Below are positions 17,862-28,006 of a stretch of 64,000 bases of DNA, piece after piece. The stretch spans positions 124,001 through 188,000 of the IMG/VR virus record IMGVR_UViG_3300046005_000547; one strand, given 5' to 3'. The notes under the pieces were generated by a model, which was given only the letters and a program-made list of their open reading frames with translations, was not told the DNA's origin and did no database searches. The position numbers and the translations under genes were made by a program. The first letter of the stretch is position 1. Each line of letters opens with the position of its first letter.

Positions 17862-18827
17862 ATGTGCGTTATTGCTTGTAAGTATTTGACTGGTATCGGA
17901 TGGGTTGGTGTAAAGGATAGAGATAGAAATTACAAACCAGTGATTTCCATTATCCAAGACGCAAGAGAAGGTGTTGAATCTATCTTCATAAAAGATTCTG
18001 TCACCAAATACTCTGAAGGTATAAATGAATTCGGTGTTGGTATTTTGAATGCAGCCACTTCCGTTAGAAACGATGAAAGTGCAGCAGCAGCCGCAAGAAG
18101 ATATGAGAGAGAACGTAAGAAATCCAAAGGAACTTACATTGAACCAGATGGCATTAAAATTAGACATGCATTAAGATTCAAAACTCCGAAGGAATCTGCT
18201 GAGTATTTGGCATCTGTTGAATTGAGAGGTCACACTTTGGTATTCAACAAAGAAGAATGTTATATCTTAGAGGGAACTGATAAGAAATTGGATTTTGATT
18301 ATAATAAAAAGATGGCAGCGGAGAACCCAGACCATGAATGGGAACCGATGGAATATGAATTTGTAATTAAAAAAATTCAAAAAGATAGATTTGTTGTAAG
18401 AACAAATCACGGCAATTTCCTACCATGGTCTGGATACCAAAAAGACTCTGATGATTCAAAACAAATGTTTTCTAGAATGTCTTCTGAAACCAGACATAAC
18501 ACAGTCATCAAGAATTTACAAAATGTTGATTCCATCGAAGGTATGTTAGATGCGATTTCGGATACATCTAATGAAGATAAACAATTGAATCCAGTTAGAA
18601 CAGGCGATTATCAAGATAGAACTAAATTGAAAACAACCGGTCAATTATGTTTAATACCAGATAAATGTACGTTGATTTACAGACCTATCTGGTGTGAAAT
18701 GGATTTATCTTATGTTGATAAAATCAATTCATTAACAACTAAAACATTCTTTGAATTGAAACCTTTTAGATTAACTGAAAACATCATGATGTCTTTCAAA
18801 GATTACCAATTCAATTACAATTTGTAA
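17862..18827 (+). CDS. Ntn-hydrolase-like protein (N-terminal Cys; NRDE/C45-like)
   Basis: MCVIAC..VKDRDR..EGINEFGVGILN..RTNHG. Confidence 0.65.
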   Translation: MCVIACKYLTGIGWVGVKDRDRNYKPVISIIQDAREGVESIFIKDSVTKYSEGINEFGVGILNAATSVRNDESAAAAARRYERERKKSKGTYIEPDGIKIRHALRFKTPKESAEYLASVELRGHTLVFNKEECYILEGTDKKLDFDYNKKMAAENPDHEWEPMEYEFVIKKIQKDRFVVRTNHGNFLPWSGYQKDSDDSKQMFSRMSSETRHNTVIKNLQNVDSIEGMLDAISDTSNEDKQLNPVRTGDYQDRTKLKTTGQLCLIPDKCTLIYRPIWCEMDLSYVDKINSLTTKTFFELKPFRLTENIMMSFKDYQFNYNL

Positions 18828-18840
18828 ATCCCAAACAATA

Positions 18841-18876
18841 AAAATCCCGTAAGACATATCATCTTACGGGATCTTT
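18841..18876. terminator. Intrinsic terminator
   Basis: ATCCCGTAAGA..TCTTACGGGAT. Confidence 0.85.
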
Positions 18877-19178
18877 TATTTCAATAAAATGTTGAGAAAT
18901 CCATCCTCAAGTATATTTGGTTGGTAAATCAGTTCCTTTGTTTTCATCCAATTATCGAATTCCTTGATATCAAATTTGGATAATTCATTTTTATGGATAT
19001 CTGTCTTTATAATAACAAATGTTGTTTCCTTATTGTAACTGATACGAAAGGAAACAACTCGCATTATACAATTTTCTATTACATTTAAGATATGTTCGTT
19101 ATTTGGCATATATTTGGATTTTAAGATGGATTCAGGATATCCTGTAGAGTTGATTGACATATAACGTAAAGATTCCAA
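18876..19178 (-). CDS. Hypothetical protein (5' part overlaps a repeat fragment; start uncertain)
   Basis: 100-aa ORF ending at terminator. Confidence 0.4.
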   Translation of the reverse strand: MESLRYMSINSTGYPESILKSKYMPNNEHILNVIENCIMRVVSFRISYNKETTFVIIKTDIHKNELSKFDIKEFDNWMKTKELIYQPNILEDGFLNILLK

Positions 19179-19192
19179 TATGGTTGATTAAT
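19108..19192. repeat. Isolated partial copy of the repeat-unit core block
   Basis: CATATTTGGATTTTAAGATGGATT-N10-TGTAGAGTTGATTGACATA..AAGATTCCA. Confidence 0.85.
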
Positions 19193-19237
19193 GTTCAAAT
19201 TACGATACATTAACGAATCTGTAATTTTGTATAACAA

Positions 19238-19245
19238 TATAAATA
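19238..19245 (+). promoter_or_regulatory. Late promoter TATAAATA
   Basis: Exact consensus upstream of 19276. Confidence 0.75.
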
Positions 19246-19275
19246 ATTCTATACAATAACGAAAGGAAACAATAG

Positions 19276-20901
19276 ATGACAACATATAAATTATTTGCGG
19301 ATAAATTAGGCGGAACAAATCCAAATGAATTTATAGGAAATAAAGGTGATTTATTTTACGATCCAGACACAGGTAAATTGAGATTATCGGATGGAGTTGC
19401 CGGCGGAAAGAATATAGACATTTTATCAGATAGACCGAAATTATTAGTTTTCGGTAATTCAATCGCTTCAACGCACGCATATAATGCAATATACACAGGA
19501 CAAACCGTAACTGCATTTAATGCAGGCGTAAATACTATAACTTTGTCTGCGGGTGGTGTCGCTGCCGGTGGATATGTTGTTGGGGATACAATAGCCATTG
19601 GTTTAGCAAATATATCACATTTAATTGCTAAAATAACAACTATCGTTGGTGAGGTATTGACTTTAGACAAGTTTACTCCATTACCTTCGAGAACAACAGG
19701 TTCCACTTGCGTTAAATTGACAGCGTCTACTCAATTTAATTTAACGCAAATTAGAGATAATTCTGGATTCTTTTCTATTGCCAATTCGTTATTAGGTTCA
19801 CCATGTAAAACAGTTGGTGCATTTGGATGGGGTGGATCGTGTTTTATAAACAATATCTCACATTTGGGAAATTTCTTGGATTATTATAAACCCAACTATG
19901 TTGCATTTATAGTGTTAGAAAATGATATTGGAGCAGGTCAATCTTCGGATTCATTAATTCGTGCGATAAATCAAGCGGCATTGATGTGCACGTCAAAAGG
20001 AATAACACCAATTTTTAATTATTGTTTACCATCAAATTCAATTGATGATGTAGGTAAATCTACAATTTTTGACACGGTTAATGCATATTTGGAAAATATT
20101 AAAAATGTAATTCCAGGAGCAAAAAGTGTCGATTTTGGTGTAGGTTTGTATTTAGATACATCAGTTAGTGCATCAAGACGACCTTTATCTGGTTGGTCTG
20201 ATGGAGTTCATCCAAATGGAAATAGATATTTATCAATGGCGAAATATGCGTTACCTGAATTATCAAAAATTATTGGAATCAGAGATACAAATACGTCATT
20301 TAATCTCATTTCATCTAACCCGTTATTAACGGGAATCGGTGGAACACAATCTGGTTTGCAAGCAAATTCAATTAGTCCGGCATCTACGTCGATTACTGCT
20401 CCAGCTGGTGTAACGTGTACAACAAGTCGAGATGCGAATGGGTTTTTGAAAGTTGATTTTACAATATCAGGCGCGTCAGATATTTTGAACACTCAAATTA
20501 CAGTTTCACAAACATTAACCAATTTACACACACAAGTGAGTGGGGAAAAATCTCCATGTAGCGCAAATACGTTAATTAGAGGTATTGTGGTATTGGATAA
20601 CGTTTCTATGCATAACGTATCAATGTTACAACTAAGCGTAACTAGTGGTTCGATGGTCGCGGATGTTAGGAACACAGCAAATTATGGTAACGGACTAACA
20701 CAAGTTAACGATTTAATCGATGACGTATTTGTTATTGAAACACCCCCTCTATTGTTATCTGATTCAACTGCAACAAATGTTAGTATAAAGTTATCGATAC
20801 GACCATTAACTTTATCATCACCTTCTGGAGTGACTGGAAGTTTTGTAATCAAGGAGTTTGGATTACAAATTAGTGATGACGTATTACCATTATACAAATA
20901 A
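19276..20901 (+). CDS. Virion/tailspike-like protein with SGNH/GDSL esterase domain
   Basis: N-terminal GDLFYDPDTGKLRLSDG attachment-type motif; LVFGNSI, GWGG, END, DGVHPN SGNH blocks. Confidence 0.7.
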   Translation: MTTYKLFADKLGGTNPNEFIGNKGDLFYDPDTGKLRLSDGVAGGKNIDILSDRPKLLVFGNSIASTHAYNAIYTGQTVTAFNAGVNTITLSAGGVAAGGYVVGDTIAIGLANISHLIAKITTIVGEVLTLDKFTPLPSRTTGSTCVKLTASTQFNLTQIRDNSGFFSIANSLLGSPCKTVGAFGWGGSCFINNISHLGNFLDYYKPNYVAFIVLENDIGAGQSSDSLIRAINQAALMCTSKGITPIFNYCLPSNSIDDVGKSTIFDTVNAYLENIKNVIPGAKSVDFGVGLYLDTSVSASRRPLSGWSDGVHPNGNRYLSMAKYALPELSKIIGIRDTNTSFNLISSNPLLTGIGGTQSGLQANSISPASTSITAPAGVTCTTSRDANGFLKVDFTISGASDILNTQITVSQTLTNLHTQVSGEKSPCSANTLIRGIVVLDNVSMHNVSMLQLSVTSGSMVADVRNTANYGNGLTQVNDLIDDVFVIETPPLLLSDSTATNVSIKLSIRPLTLSSPSGVTGSFVIKEFGLQISDDVLPLYK

Positions 20902-20918
20902 GATTTCTTTACTCAATA

Positions 20919-20956
20919 AAAATCCCATCAGACTTTTACATCTAATGGGATTCTTT
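20919..20956. terminator. Bidirectional intrinsic terminator
   Basis: AATCCCATCAGA..TCTAATGGGATT, near copy of 12383. Confidence 0.8.
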
Positions 20957-22011
20957 TATTTCATTTTCAACAATAATTGTTCATATACATTTGTAGCAAC
21001 GTTTGCCATCATAACAGGAGGTACAGACATACCACAAGCATAATCTGGTTTTACCTTACCAAAATTGAAATCCAATGGAAACGAACTAGCCAATATGAAT
21101 TCTTTATCAGTCATTGTTCTTGGAATAAAATGATGATAACAAGATTTACCAGAAGTCAATGTATTACAAGGTTTATCTGGGTGTAATTTCTTATATGAAA
21201 AGAAATTACCATTCGATAATTCTGATTTATCAAATCCAGATCCAGGTTCCACTGATGGATATATATCACGAATCGAAGGTGGTAATTCTTTATCTGGAAA
21301 TACATCATCTTCAGATATATCTTTAAATGGAATAATCGGTTCATTAAATTCCATTTGTATTCTTGGTAATAATTCTAATCCTTTATATTCCAAGAATTGT
21401 TCGCCTAGATCCTTCCTCACACAAATAAAGAACACCCGTTCCCTTTTTTGCGGTAATCCCATCTTAGAACCATCTAATAAGAAATGTTGACAGTAATATC
21501 CAGCTTCATCAAATTCCTTGTATATTCTATCAACATATTTCATTGCCTTACCGAGAATCAACCCTTTGACATTTTCTGCCACGACAATCTTCGGTTGAAG
21601 TTTCTTTGCCAAATCAATGAAATCAAAGAACAATGTATCCAAGACTTGTTTTGCTTGACCTTCCGAGAAGACTTTTTCCTTACCCCAATCTTTATCTCTA
21701 TTACCATTCATGGAAAAAGAAGAGCAGGGTGGACTACCATCAAGGATATCCAAGTTGTATAATTCTTCAGGAATATCATCTCTCTTGACGAATTCCCGTA
21801 TATCCTGAATGAAGGAATACTTTGGATTATGATTCAGATTGTAAATTTCATTCATTCTTGGATCTATCTCAACGCAACCTAAGACATTACCTCCAGCTAG
21901 TTTATATCCCATTGTAGAACCACCACAACAAGCGAAACAACTGAATACGGTAAATTTATCTTTGGTGAATGTCGTTTCCGATAAATTCCATTCATATGGG
22001 AATTTATGCAT
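20956..22011 (-). CDS. DNA (cytosine-5) methyltransferase
   Basis: FACCGG (motif I), GSPPC (IV), ENV (VI), QKRERVF (VIII), GMSVPP (X). Confidence 0.93.
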   Translation of the reverse strand: MHKFPYEWNLSETTFTKDKFTVFSCFACCGGSTMGYKLAGGNVLGCVEIDPRMNEIYNLNHNPKYSFIQDIREFVKRDDIPEELYNLDILDGSPPCSSFSMNGNRDKDWGKEKVFSEGQAKQVLDTLFFDFIDLAKKLQPKIVVAENVKGLILGKAMKYVDRIYKEFDEAGYYCQHFLLDGSKMGLPQKRERVFFICVRKDLGEQFLEYKGLELLPRIQMEFNEPIIPFKDISEDDVFPDKELPPSIRDIYPSVEPGSGFDKSELSNGNFFSYKKLHPDKPCNTLTSGKSCYHHFIPRTMTDKEFILASSFPLDFNFGKVKPDYACGMSVPPVMMANVATNVYEQLLLKMK

Positions 22012-22174
22012 ATTCAGATTTAACCATTTTCTGGAAGATATGCGTAATCAACGCATAATCATCTTTGTGTTCATCGCCGACAGCAGATTTAGCTTTATCC
22101 CAGATACGTTCAACATCATCCACTGGTTTACCATATTTCTGTGCCACTTTTTCAATGTATGGGGTTGGCATCAT
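22004..22174 (-). CDS. Small hypothetical protein (56 aa)
   Basis: Own translation MMPTPYIEKVAQKYGKPVDDVERIWDKAK; AGGA RBS; overlaps MTase start. Confidence 0.6.
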   Translation of the reverse strand: MMPTPYIEKVAQKYGKPVDDVERIWDKAKSAVGDEHKDDYALITHIFQKMVKSEYA

Positions 22175-22362
22175 ATTCCTATAACAATTCTTTCAATTTA
22201 TCGGATACACCAGTCTTTCTGATTTCATCCAAGAATGCTTGTCGTAACATTTCTTCTTCGACTTTATTGCTGGTAAGGAATTCAATGAGTTCTTGGACAT
22301 CCTTACGAATTCTGTTGAGATATAATTCTTTATAATCAATAATGTTTTCCATTGATTATTCT

Positions 22363-22725
22363 CTATACAAAATTTGTTAAATCTGGTTTGAAATAAGATT
22401 CTGGTTTCTGTACTTTACCGTATTCATTTTTGATACATTTACCAGTTTCTTTATCAATTTTAGACATATTAGATGAAGCAACTTCATTCCATGCTCCATT
22501 AAAATCTAATCCAGCAGCTTTACAATAACAGACTAGACACCAAATTGTATCAACAACTCCGTCTAATGTTTCAATTCTATCATTGTTTTTAATACCTTCA
22601 ACAAATTCTTTATATTCTTCTTCAATCAATTTAACATATAATTCAGATGTTTCTTGATTTGAAGGTTGGTCGCAAGCATCCATGAATAATGAGATGTCGT
22701 TAAAAAGATTTGGATGATTTGTCAT
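22363..22725 (-). CDS. MazG-like / PRA-PH NTP pyrophosphohydrolase
   Basis: LIEEEYKE..ETLDGVVD..EVASSNMSK..GKVQKP. Confidence 0.85.
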   Translation of the reverse strand: MTNHPNLFNDISLFMDACDQPSNQETSELYVKLIEEEYKEFVEGIKNNDRIETLDGVVDTIWCLVCYCKAAGLDFNGAWNEVASSNMSKIDKETGKCIKNEYGKVQKPESYFKPDLTNFV

Positions 22726-22734
22726 AATATATTC

Positions 22735-22917
22735 CTATTTTAAAGATTTATGAATTTTTACTGCATCTAAGAAAGATCCTTTGGTAGGATCGTAATAAAC
22801 TACTTTGTTATTGACATCTCTAAACGGTCCGTCAAATTGTGGAACTTTACCATATCCGTCCATTACAACGGCTTCCGATATAATTGTTTTAACTTTATGG
22901 TAATGAAATTGAGTCAC
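22735..22917 (-). CDS. Hypothetical protein
   Basis: GPF..VVYYDPTKG small phage-type ORF. Confidence 0.5.
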   Translation of the reverse strand: MTQFHYHKVKTIISEAVVMDGYGKVPQFDGPFRDVNNKVVYYDPTKGSFLDAVKIHKSLK

Positions 22918-23077
22918 ACCAAATCCCTTTCAAGTCAAAATAACATTTCAAACAATATCGATAATGGAAAATACAACAACCAATATCCGATTCCATATAG
23001 AATGAACAAGACGACAAATAACACAAGAAGATAGAACAGAACCAATAATGTTACAGTCAGACCAATGTAAAATATAC

Positions 23078-23905
23078 TCATAATATGAATGTTTTCAATT
23101 CAAATTGTTCATGATATTCTTCCACAGGATATCCATATACATTTAACAAGATATTGGTTTCTCCTATTTTATAATTTCTTGGAACATCATGAACATGACC
23201 ATGGATCCAATAATTTATCCGTTCATTCTGAATTATATAGTCATCAAAATGATTTGTGAATAAATCGTTCCAGAAATTACCTTTAAATTTATCTGGAATA
23301 CCTTGTGGAGTGGGACAATGATGCGATATTACAATAACATTATCTACATCAGTTGATTCAATCTGTTTAGATACGTAATAGATGAAATTGTCACATTTCA
23401 TTGAAGTGTCGGATGGCAACAATTTCCCTAATTTATTGGTATAATATCCAGTTGTATTTCTATCCGAATTTGAAATGTAAATGTAATCAGAGAATCTGTT
23501 TAATGCTTCTACTTCCAATACAGGATCTTTTATCTTTGTCCAACAAGTACCACCAATGAATAGATTATTATCTATTGTAATGGATTCATTCTCAAGGATA
23601 TGAAGATTTGTATATTGTTTAAGAGTTTTACGTAAAACGGAAACATCGTTTATATCTGAATCATAAAATTCATGATTACCTAATACGTAAATGATATGTT
23701 CAAATTGATTTGTTATGTTATCGAAGAATTCTGTAATGTAATTTGATTCACCATTCATCTTCAAATCATTGAATGCAAGACGTGTATATTTTATTGGTAT
23801 AATATCACCAGCAAGGATTAACATATCAGCATTATTTGTATTGAACAACGATAGATCTTTATTATGTTCTAAATGTAAATCTGAACAATAATTTACAATC
23901 ATCAA
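23078..23905 (-). CDS. Calcineurin-like metallophosphoesterase
   Basis: SDLH, AGD, GNHE, SHH, HGHVH motifs. Confidence 0.92.
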   Translation of the reverse strand: MMIVNYCSDLHLEHNKDLSLFNTNNADMLILAGDIIPIKYTRLAFNDLKMNGESNYITEFFDNITNQFEHIIYVLGNHEFYDSDINDVSVLRKTLKQYTNLHILENESITIDNNLFIGGTCWTKIKDPVLEVEALNRFSDYIYISNSDRNTTGYYTNKLGKLLPSDTSMKCDNFIYYVSKQIESTDVDNVIVISHHCPTPQGIPDKFKGNFWNDLFTNHFDDYIIQNERINYWIHGHVHDVPRNYKIGETNILLNVYGYPVEEYHEQFELKTFIL

Positions 23906-24099
23906 ACATCTCCGTTAATGGAAATCTCAAACAATAACATCATTATGGAAAATAACATCATAGATAATCCAACCAATAAAATGATGAATTCCCCAGTTGA
24001 AAGAAACAGACATAATCCAAAGACTGTGATACATACACCAATGATGGATTCTGTATCAATCATTGATTCGTTAAAATGTTTCATAATAATTACCAACAT
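23902..24099 (-). CDS. Small membrane protein
   Basis: Two hydrophobic segments; overlaps both neighbours. Confidence 0.5.
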   Translation of the reverse strand: MLVIIMKHFNESMIDTESIIGVCITVFGLCLFLSTGEFIILLVGLSMMLFSIMMLLFEISINGDV

Positions 24100-24970
24100 T
24101 TAATAATTTACAACCCAAGTCAGTCCATAACCTGACAACTTGTTTTCTATCGTCTATTACAACTTCAACATTCCAATTATCCGATACATGATTAAAGAAC
24201 AGTTCCTGTTTGGCAATTCTATCTTTACGAGTATCACCTTCTGCTCTCATGTACAATAGATAATTCCCACCAAAATGTTTATTCAACCATTCTGTTGTAA
24301 CATCTCTGGAAATTGAATCTCTACCCGATAAAAAGATAATCTTGAAACCATCTCGTCTGTACATGTCGATGATGTTTAAGATTTCCTTGATAGGTTCATC
24401 AGTTCCTGCTTTCCCGAAGTCGTATGGATTTCTATTTACCATTTTAGCGACTGTTCCATCAATATCACAGACAACTGCTTTTGGTTTAGATGTATCTTTG
24501 ATATATTCGGGAATCTCAATACAATCTCTTGGGAATTGTAACCACTGGAACCATTGTTTATCAATTACATCAATACCAACTGATTCTGTACGTTTCTTAT
24601 CTCGTTGGATAGCAGTTTCATAATCAACTGGAAAGTATTTTAATTTAGTTGTATATCCATGAGATTCCATTTCCTTGATATTTTTATCAAGATACTTCTT
24701 ATTGAGATTTGTATTGGAGAAGATGATGTCTTTACCTTCAGATACGTATTTTTCAAGTAGAGTGTCTATTCTTTTGTCAACAATATGTTCATTTTTGAAA
24801 TTCCATATCTTCCATAGAAATCCTTCCTTGTAGATATTTTCTTCTTGTAATATCTGTTTACGAATCTGGTCGCGTTCGATGATAACGTAATTTGGATTTT
24901 CTTTAACAAAATGTTCAGCCCAGTAAGATTTACCAGAAGCAGAAACCCCAATTGTGAAAATTGTTTTCAT
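24071..24970 (-). CDS. pseT: Polynucleotide 5'-kinase / 3'-phosphatase
   Basis: GVSASGKS P-loop; DIDGT, SGR, DDR HAD motifs. Confidence 0.93.
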   Translation of the reverse strand: MKTIFTIGVSASGKSYWAEHFVKENPNYVIIERDQIRKQILQEENIYKEGFLWKIWNFKNEHIVDKRIDTLLEKYVSEGKDIIFSNTNLNKKYLDKNIKEMESHGYTTKLKYFPVDYETAIQRDKKRTESVGIDVIDKQWFQWLQFPRDCIEIPEYIKDTSKPKAVVCDIDGTVAKMVNRNPYDFGKAGTDEPIKEILNIIDMYRRDGFKIIFLSGRDSISRDVTTEWLNKHFGGNYLLYMRAEGDTRKDRIAKQELFFNHVSDNWNVEVVIDDRKQVVRLWTDLGCKLLNVGNYYETF

Positions 24971-25258
24971 TTTATTTTTTTCCCATAAAATAACCGAAAT
25001 AGAATCATACCCTATTTCGGTTCTAGAATCAATACATTTTATTCAGATTCATGTAAGATATTCATTGAATCTTGGTCAAAATCGACTTCATTCAATTTTT
25101 GTTTCTTAGGTTTCTTTTCGTCTTTCTTACCGAAGATTCTATCCCAATTTTCATTATATTTTTCTACATCCGTTGGTCTAGTCGAAGACCCTTTACCACC
25201 ATGCCATTTTTCGCTCATTTATTTTCTCTAATGTTATTACAATACAACTTTATTTAAT

Positions 25259-25681
25259 TCAAATTTGTTCAATCAATACACCACATTTTTTAAAGAAATC
25301 GATACTGGAATCATCTCTATACATGTGTCTGTAATAAACAGCTTTGAATCCAGCGGCAACCACTAATCTAGCGCATTTGATGCACGGCAATACGTTACAG
25401 AACAAGATGGCATCCTTAGATGATTCATTGTTTCTTGCTAGATATGCAATCAAGTTTTCCTCTGAATGTAATACAGTGGATTTTGTAATCAATTCGCCAT
25501 CAATAATATCTTCACATTCATCTAGGTCTAATTCGATGTTATTTCCATTATATCCGCAACCAATAATTCGTCCATCCTTTACCGCAACAGAACCAACTTT
25601 CAATTTATTTGCATGAGATAATCTGGAAGTCAATTCAGCAACTTCCATGAAATACATTTTGAATTTATCTTTCATTATCAT
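25259..25681 (-). CDS. cd: dCMP deaminase
   Basis: KVG..GYNG..HSEEN..PCIKC. Confidence 0.9.
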   Translation of the reverse strand: MIMKDKFKMYFMEVAELTSRLSHANKLKVGSVAVKDGRIIGCGYNGNNIELDLDECEDIIDGELITKSTVLHSEENLIAYLARNNESSKDAILFCNVLPCIKCARLVVAAGFKAVYYRHMYRDDSSIDFFKKCGVLIEQI

Positions 25682-26030
25682 TCATTACACCTTCAATATA
25701 ACCAAGACATTCTAATTCAATAGATTCATCAACAAATTTGATATGATTCTTTAGATATTCTTTATTGAATCCCATTCTAACTAGACCTCCAAAACATTCT
25801 TCCAACCAATTAGAAGCAATCCCATTACATGATTCAAAATCCACGATAATGTAAATCTGAGATACCAATAATGGAACCAAATACATATCTCTAAATTTGA
25901 TTGCGTTGTATTCTCCATCTTCGGTTGTTCTTCCAAGGGGATTTTTAGAATAAACATTACCAACATCAATTCCTGTATAGATTAACAATGTTTCATTATC
26001 ATATACAATTTTAGATTCTAATTCAATCAT
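25665..26030 (-). CDS. STAS-like protein (DUF4325-type)
   Basis: GR..DGEYNAIKFR..VDFE..SNWLEECFGGLV. Confidence 0.65.
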   Translation of the reverse strand: MIELESKIVYDNETLLIYTGIDVGNVYSKNPLGRTTEDGEYNAIKFRDMYLVPLLVSQIYIIVDFESCNGIASNWLEECFGGLVRMGFNKEYLKNHIKFVDESIELECLGYIEGVMNDNER

Positions 26031-26452
26031 TTTAAAATTCCAGGTCTAGTGTAAATGGAACAACTTGGATTTGGATGTTTGTATGTAATGTGTGATTCTT
26101 TGTTGAAATCATCACCATTTTCTAATTCGTAACCATTGAACATCCATTCTTCGTCATCATAATGAATAGTGTCAACATTAAACGAATTCCAACCACCATT
26201 GCCATCCATTCTCAAATGGTCATATTTGATGTTAGACCAATCTGGTTGCCATTCTTCTTTAAACGATTCAACTCCATTCAAACATAACTTTAACACATTA
26301 TTAAACATAATCTCGCCATGTTTTCTTGTTTCAATTAAGAATTTTTGATATTCCTCTTCAATCAATAGTAATCGAGCATTTTCTTTTTCAAGATCATTGT
26401 TGCGTTCAACGAGTTGTTGTATCTCAGCAACTAACGACAATAAATTATTCAT
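26027..26452 (-). CDS. Hypothetical protein
   Basis: ATGA-coupled ORF. Confidence 0.65.
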   Translation of the reverse strand: MNNLLSLVAEIQQLVERNNDLEKENARLLLIEEEYQKFLIETRKHGEIMFNNVLKLCLNGVESFKEEWQPDWSNIKYDHLRMDGNGGWNSFNVDTIHYDDEEWMFNGYELENGDDFNKESHITYKHPNPSCSIYTRPGILK

Positions 26453-26715
26453 TTCAATTCCTTCAATGGTTTAAACGCTTCAGACATTAGGTAAACAGTA
26501 TTATTCATTCCAGATGCAGTAAATTGAATATCAAATCCTCTTTCATTAAGATATTCAATGGCAACATCAAAGATTTGAGAATGAGTACTACCATAATCAA
26601 TTACAACAGATTGTTCATATCGTTCCGATGTAATCTTTACTCTACTACCTTTGGTGTCGGTTGGTCCAATATACTTGATTTTAAATGTGTGTAAATTTTT
26701 CATAATAATTCTCAA
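26449..26715 (-). CDS. Hypothetical protein
   Basis: KYIGPTDTKGSRVK phage-type motif. Confidence 0.65.
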   Translation of the reverse strand: MRIIMKNLHTFKIKYIGPTDTKGSRVKITSERYEQSVVIDYGSTHSQIFDVAIEYLNERGFDIQFTASGMNNTVYLMSEAFKPLKELK

Positions 26716-26929
26716 ATGATTTATCTAATGTTCGTTTATGACAAGCAATATAATACCGTTTTAAATCATCTAAAGAAACCATATACAATTCAGAAGTTTC
26801 TTTCATCAAACGTTCATGTTGATTGAAAAACCAATCCATTGGTCTATCTGTTGGGATCTTACAAACCTTTCTTCTAAAGGAAAGACAAGCAAAGAATACA
26901 TTTCCTGTTAACATAATTACCCTTTCCAT
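26681..26929 (-). CDS. Hypothetical protein
   Basis: Overlaps both neighbours in the operon. Confidence 0.5.
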   Translation of the reverse strand: MERVIMLTGNVFFACLSFRRKVCKIPTDRPMDWFFNQHERLMKETSELYMVSLDDLKRYYIACHKRTLDKSFENYYEKFTHI

Positions 26930-27369
26930 ACAAAATATGGATTTAAAATTTTATCATTATTTTTAATTGGATACCCATAGTGTTTGTACCAATCAACTTT
27001 CATGTCAATCTTTTGTTTAATGCGTTCGACGTTTATCTTAAGAGCATTTTCATCTGGTGTCCAATCGTTGTATAGATTATGTTGTTTGAATATATCAAAA
27101 TCAACTTCTCTATTTTCATCAAGATTGTATCCTCTATGTTTCAATTCAACAATTAATGCTTGATAACGACGTTCCAAGAATTTACCCAGAGTATAAAAAT
27201 AGGTAACATGACCGGCGTTTAACGTATATTGTTTTGGGATCTTTGGTAATCCATTTTTAGAACGCAAAGAACGTTTCAACGCAGATCCAACCATCGGCAA
27301 TTCTCTATACTCTGCCATGAGATGTTGGTCTGTTAATACTTCTGGTTCAACTACATTAATTCTGGTCAT
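26917..27369 (-). CDS. denV: Pyrimidine dimer DNA glycosylase / endonuclease V
   Basis: MTRINVV..LTDQHLMAEYRELP..GHVTYFY. Confidence 0.95.
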   Translation of the reverse strand: MTRINVVEPEVLTDQHLMAEYRELPMVGSALKRSLRSKNGLPKIPKQYTLNAGHVTYFYTLGKFLERRYQALIVELKHRGYNLDENREVDFDIFKQHNLYNDWTPDENALKINVERIKQKIDMKVDWYKHYGYPIKNNDKILNPYFVWKG

Positions 27370-27379
27370 GTTATATTCC

Positions 27380-27613
27380 TCAATGATAAAATAAAGTCAC
27401 TTTGATGCCAAGATAATCATTGTCATCAAAAATGGTATACTCTTCAGAAATGTATCTATCAAGTTCGTGTTTCAATTCATTTATTGAAACAGAATTGTAT
27501 AATACATTCTTACATCTAATTGAATATCCTTTGTCGATATATTCAACATTTGTATCTATTGTCCTGTTTAATTTAGAACTTACGATACATTTAATCTGAT
27601 ATGAATCAATCAT
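27380..27613 (-). CDS. Hypothetical protein
   Basis: ORF downstream of promoter-like TATAAT at ~27633. Confidence 0.55.
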   Translation of the reverse strand: MIDSYQIKCIVSSKLNRTIDTNVEYIDKGYSIRCKNVLYNSVSINELKHELDRYISEEYTIFDDNDYLGIKVTLFYH

Positions 27614-27670
27614 ATCTCAACTCCATGAAATCTATTATACCTAAGATCCCTCTAAAATAAAAGAATTAAA

Positions 27671-27988
27671 TTAGAATGGAACTGTATGAATTTTGAATTT
27701 GAATTGTTCCGAAGAGTAAATTTTGATTCGTTCTTCAAAATGATTCAATGTATGATTCCTCCAGCTCTTGTGTGATAGATTATCTGCAATATCAAATAAT
27801 TTACAGACCGTCTTACCTTCTTTTAAACGTAATCCACGACCAATAGATTGTAATGCTCTAATCTTTGATTTGGATGGACTGGCAAAAATGATATTGGAAA
27901 TGCTTGGGATAGATACACCAGTGGATAATGTAGCAAATGATGCAACTAGAATTGGTTCTGGTTGTCGTTCAACTTTGGTTGGTTTCAT
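27671..27988 (-). CDS. uvsW: C-terminal fragment of UvsW-type SF2 helicase
   Basis: ILVASFATLSTGVSIP..IIFASPSKSKIRALQSIGRGLR..DIADNL (motifs V-VI); AAGGA RBS before ATG 27988; motifs I-IV absent. Confidence 0.8.
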   Translation of the reverse strand: MKPTKVERQPEPILVASFATLSTGVSIPSISNIIFASPSKSKIRALQSIGRGLRLKEGKTVCKLFDIADNLSHKSWRNHTLNHFEERIKIYSSEQFKFKIHTVPF

Positions 27989-28006
27989 GTCATTCCTTAA
28001 AGAGAA

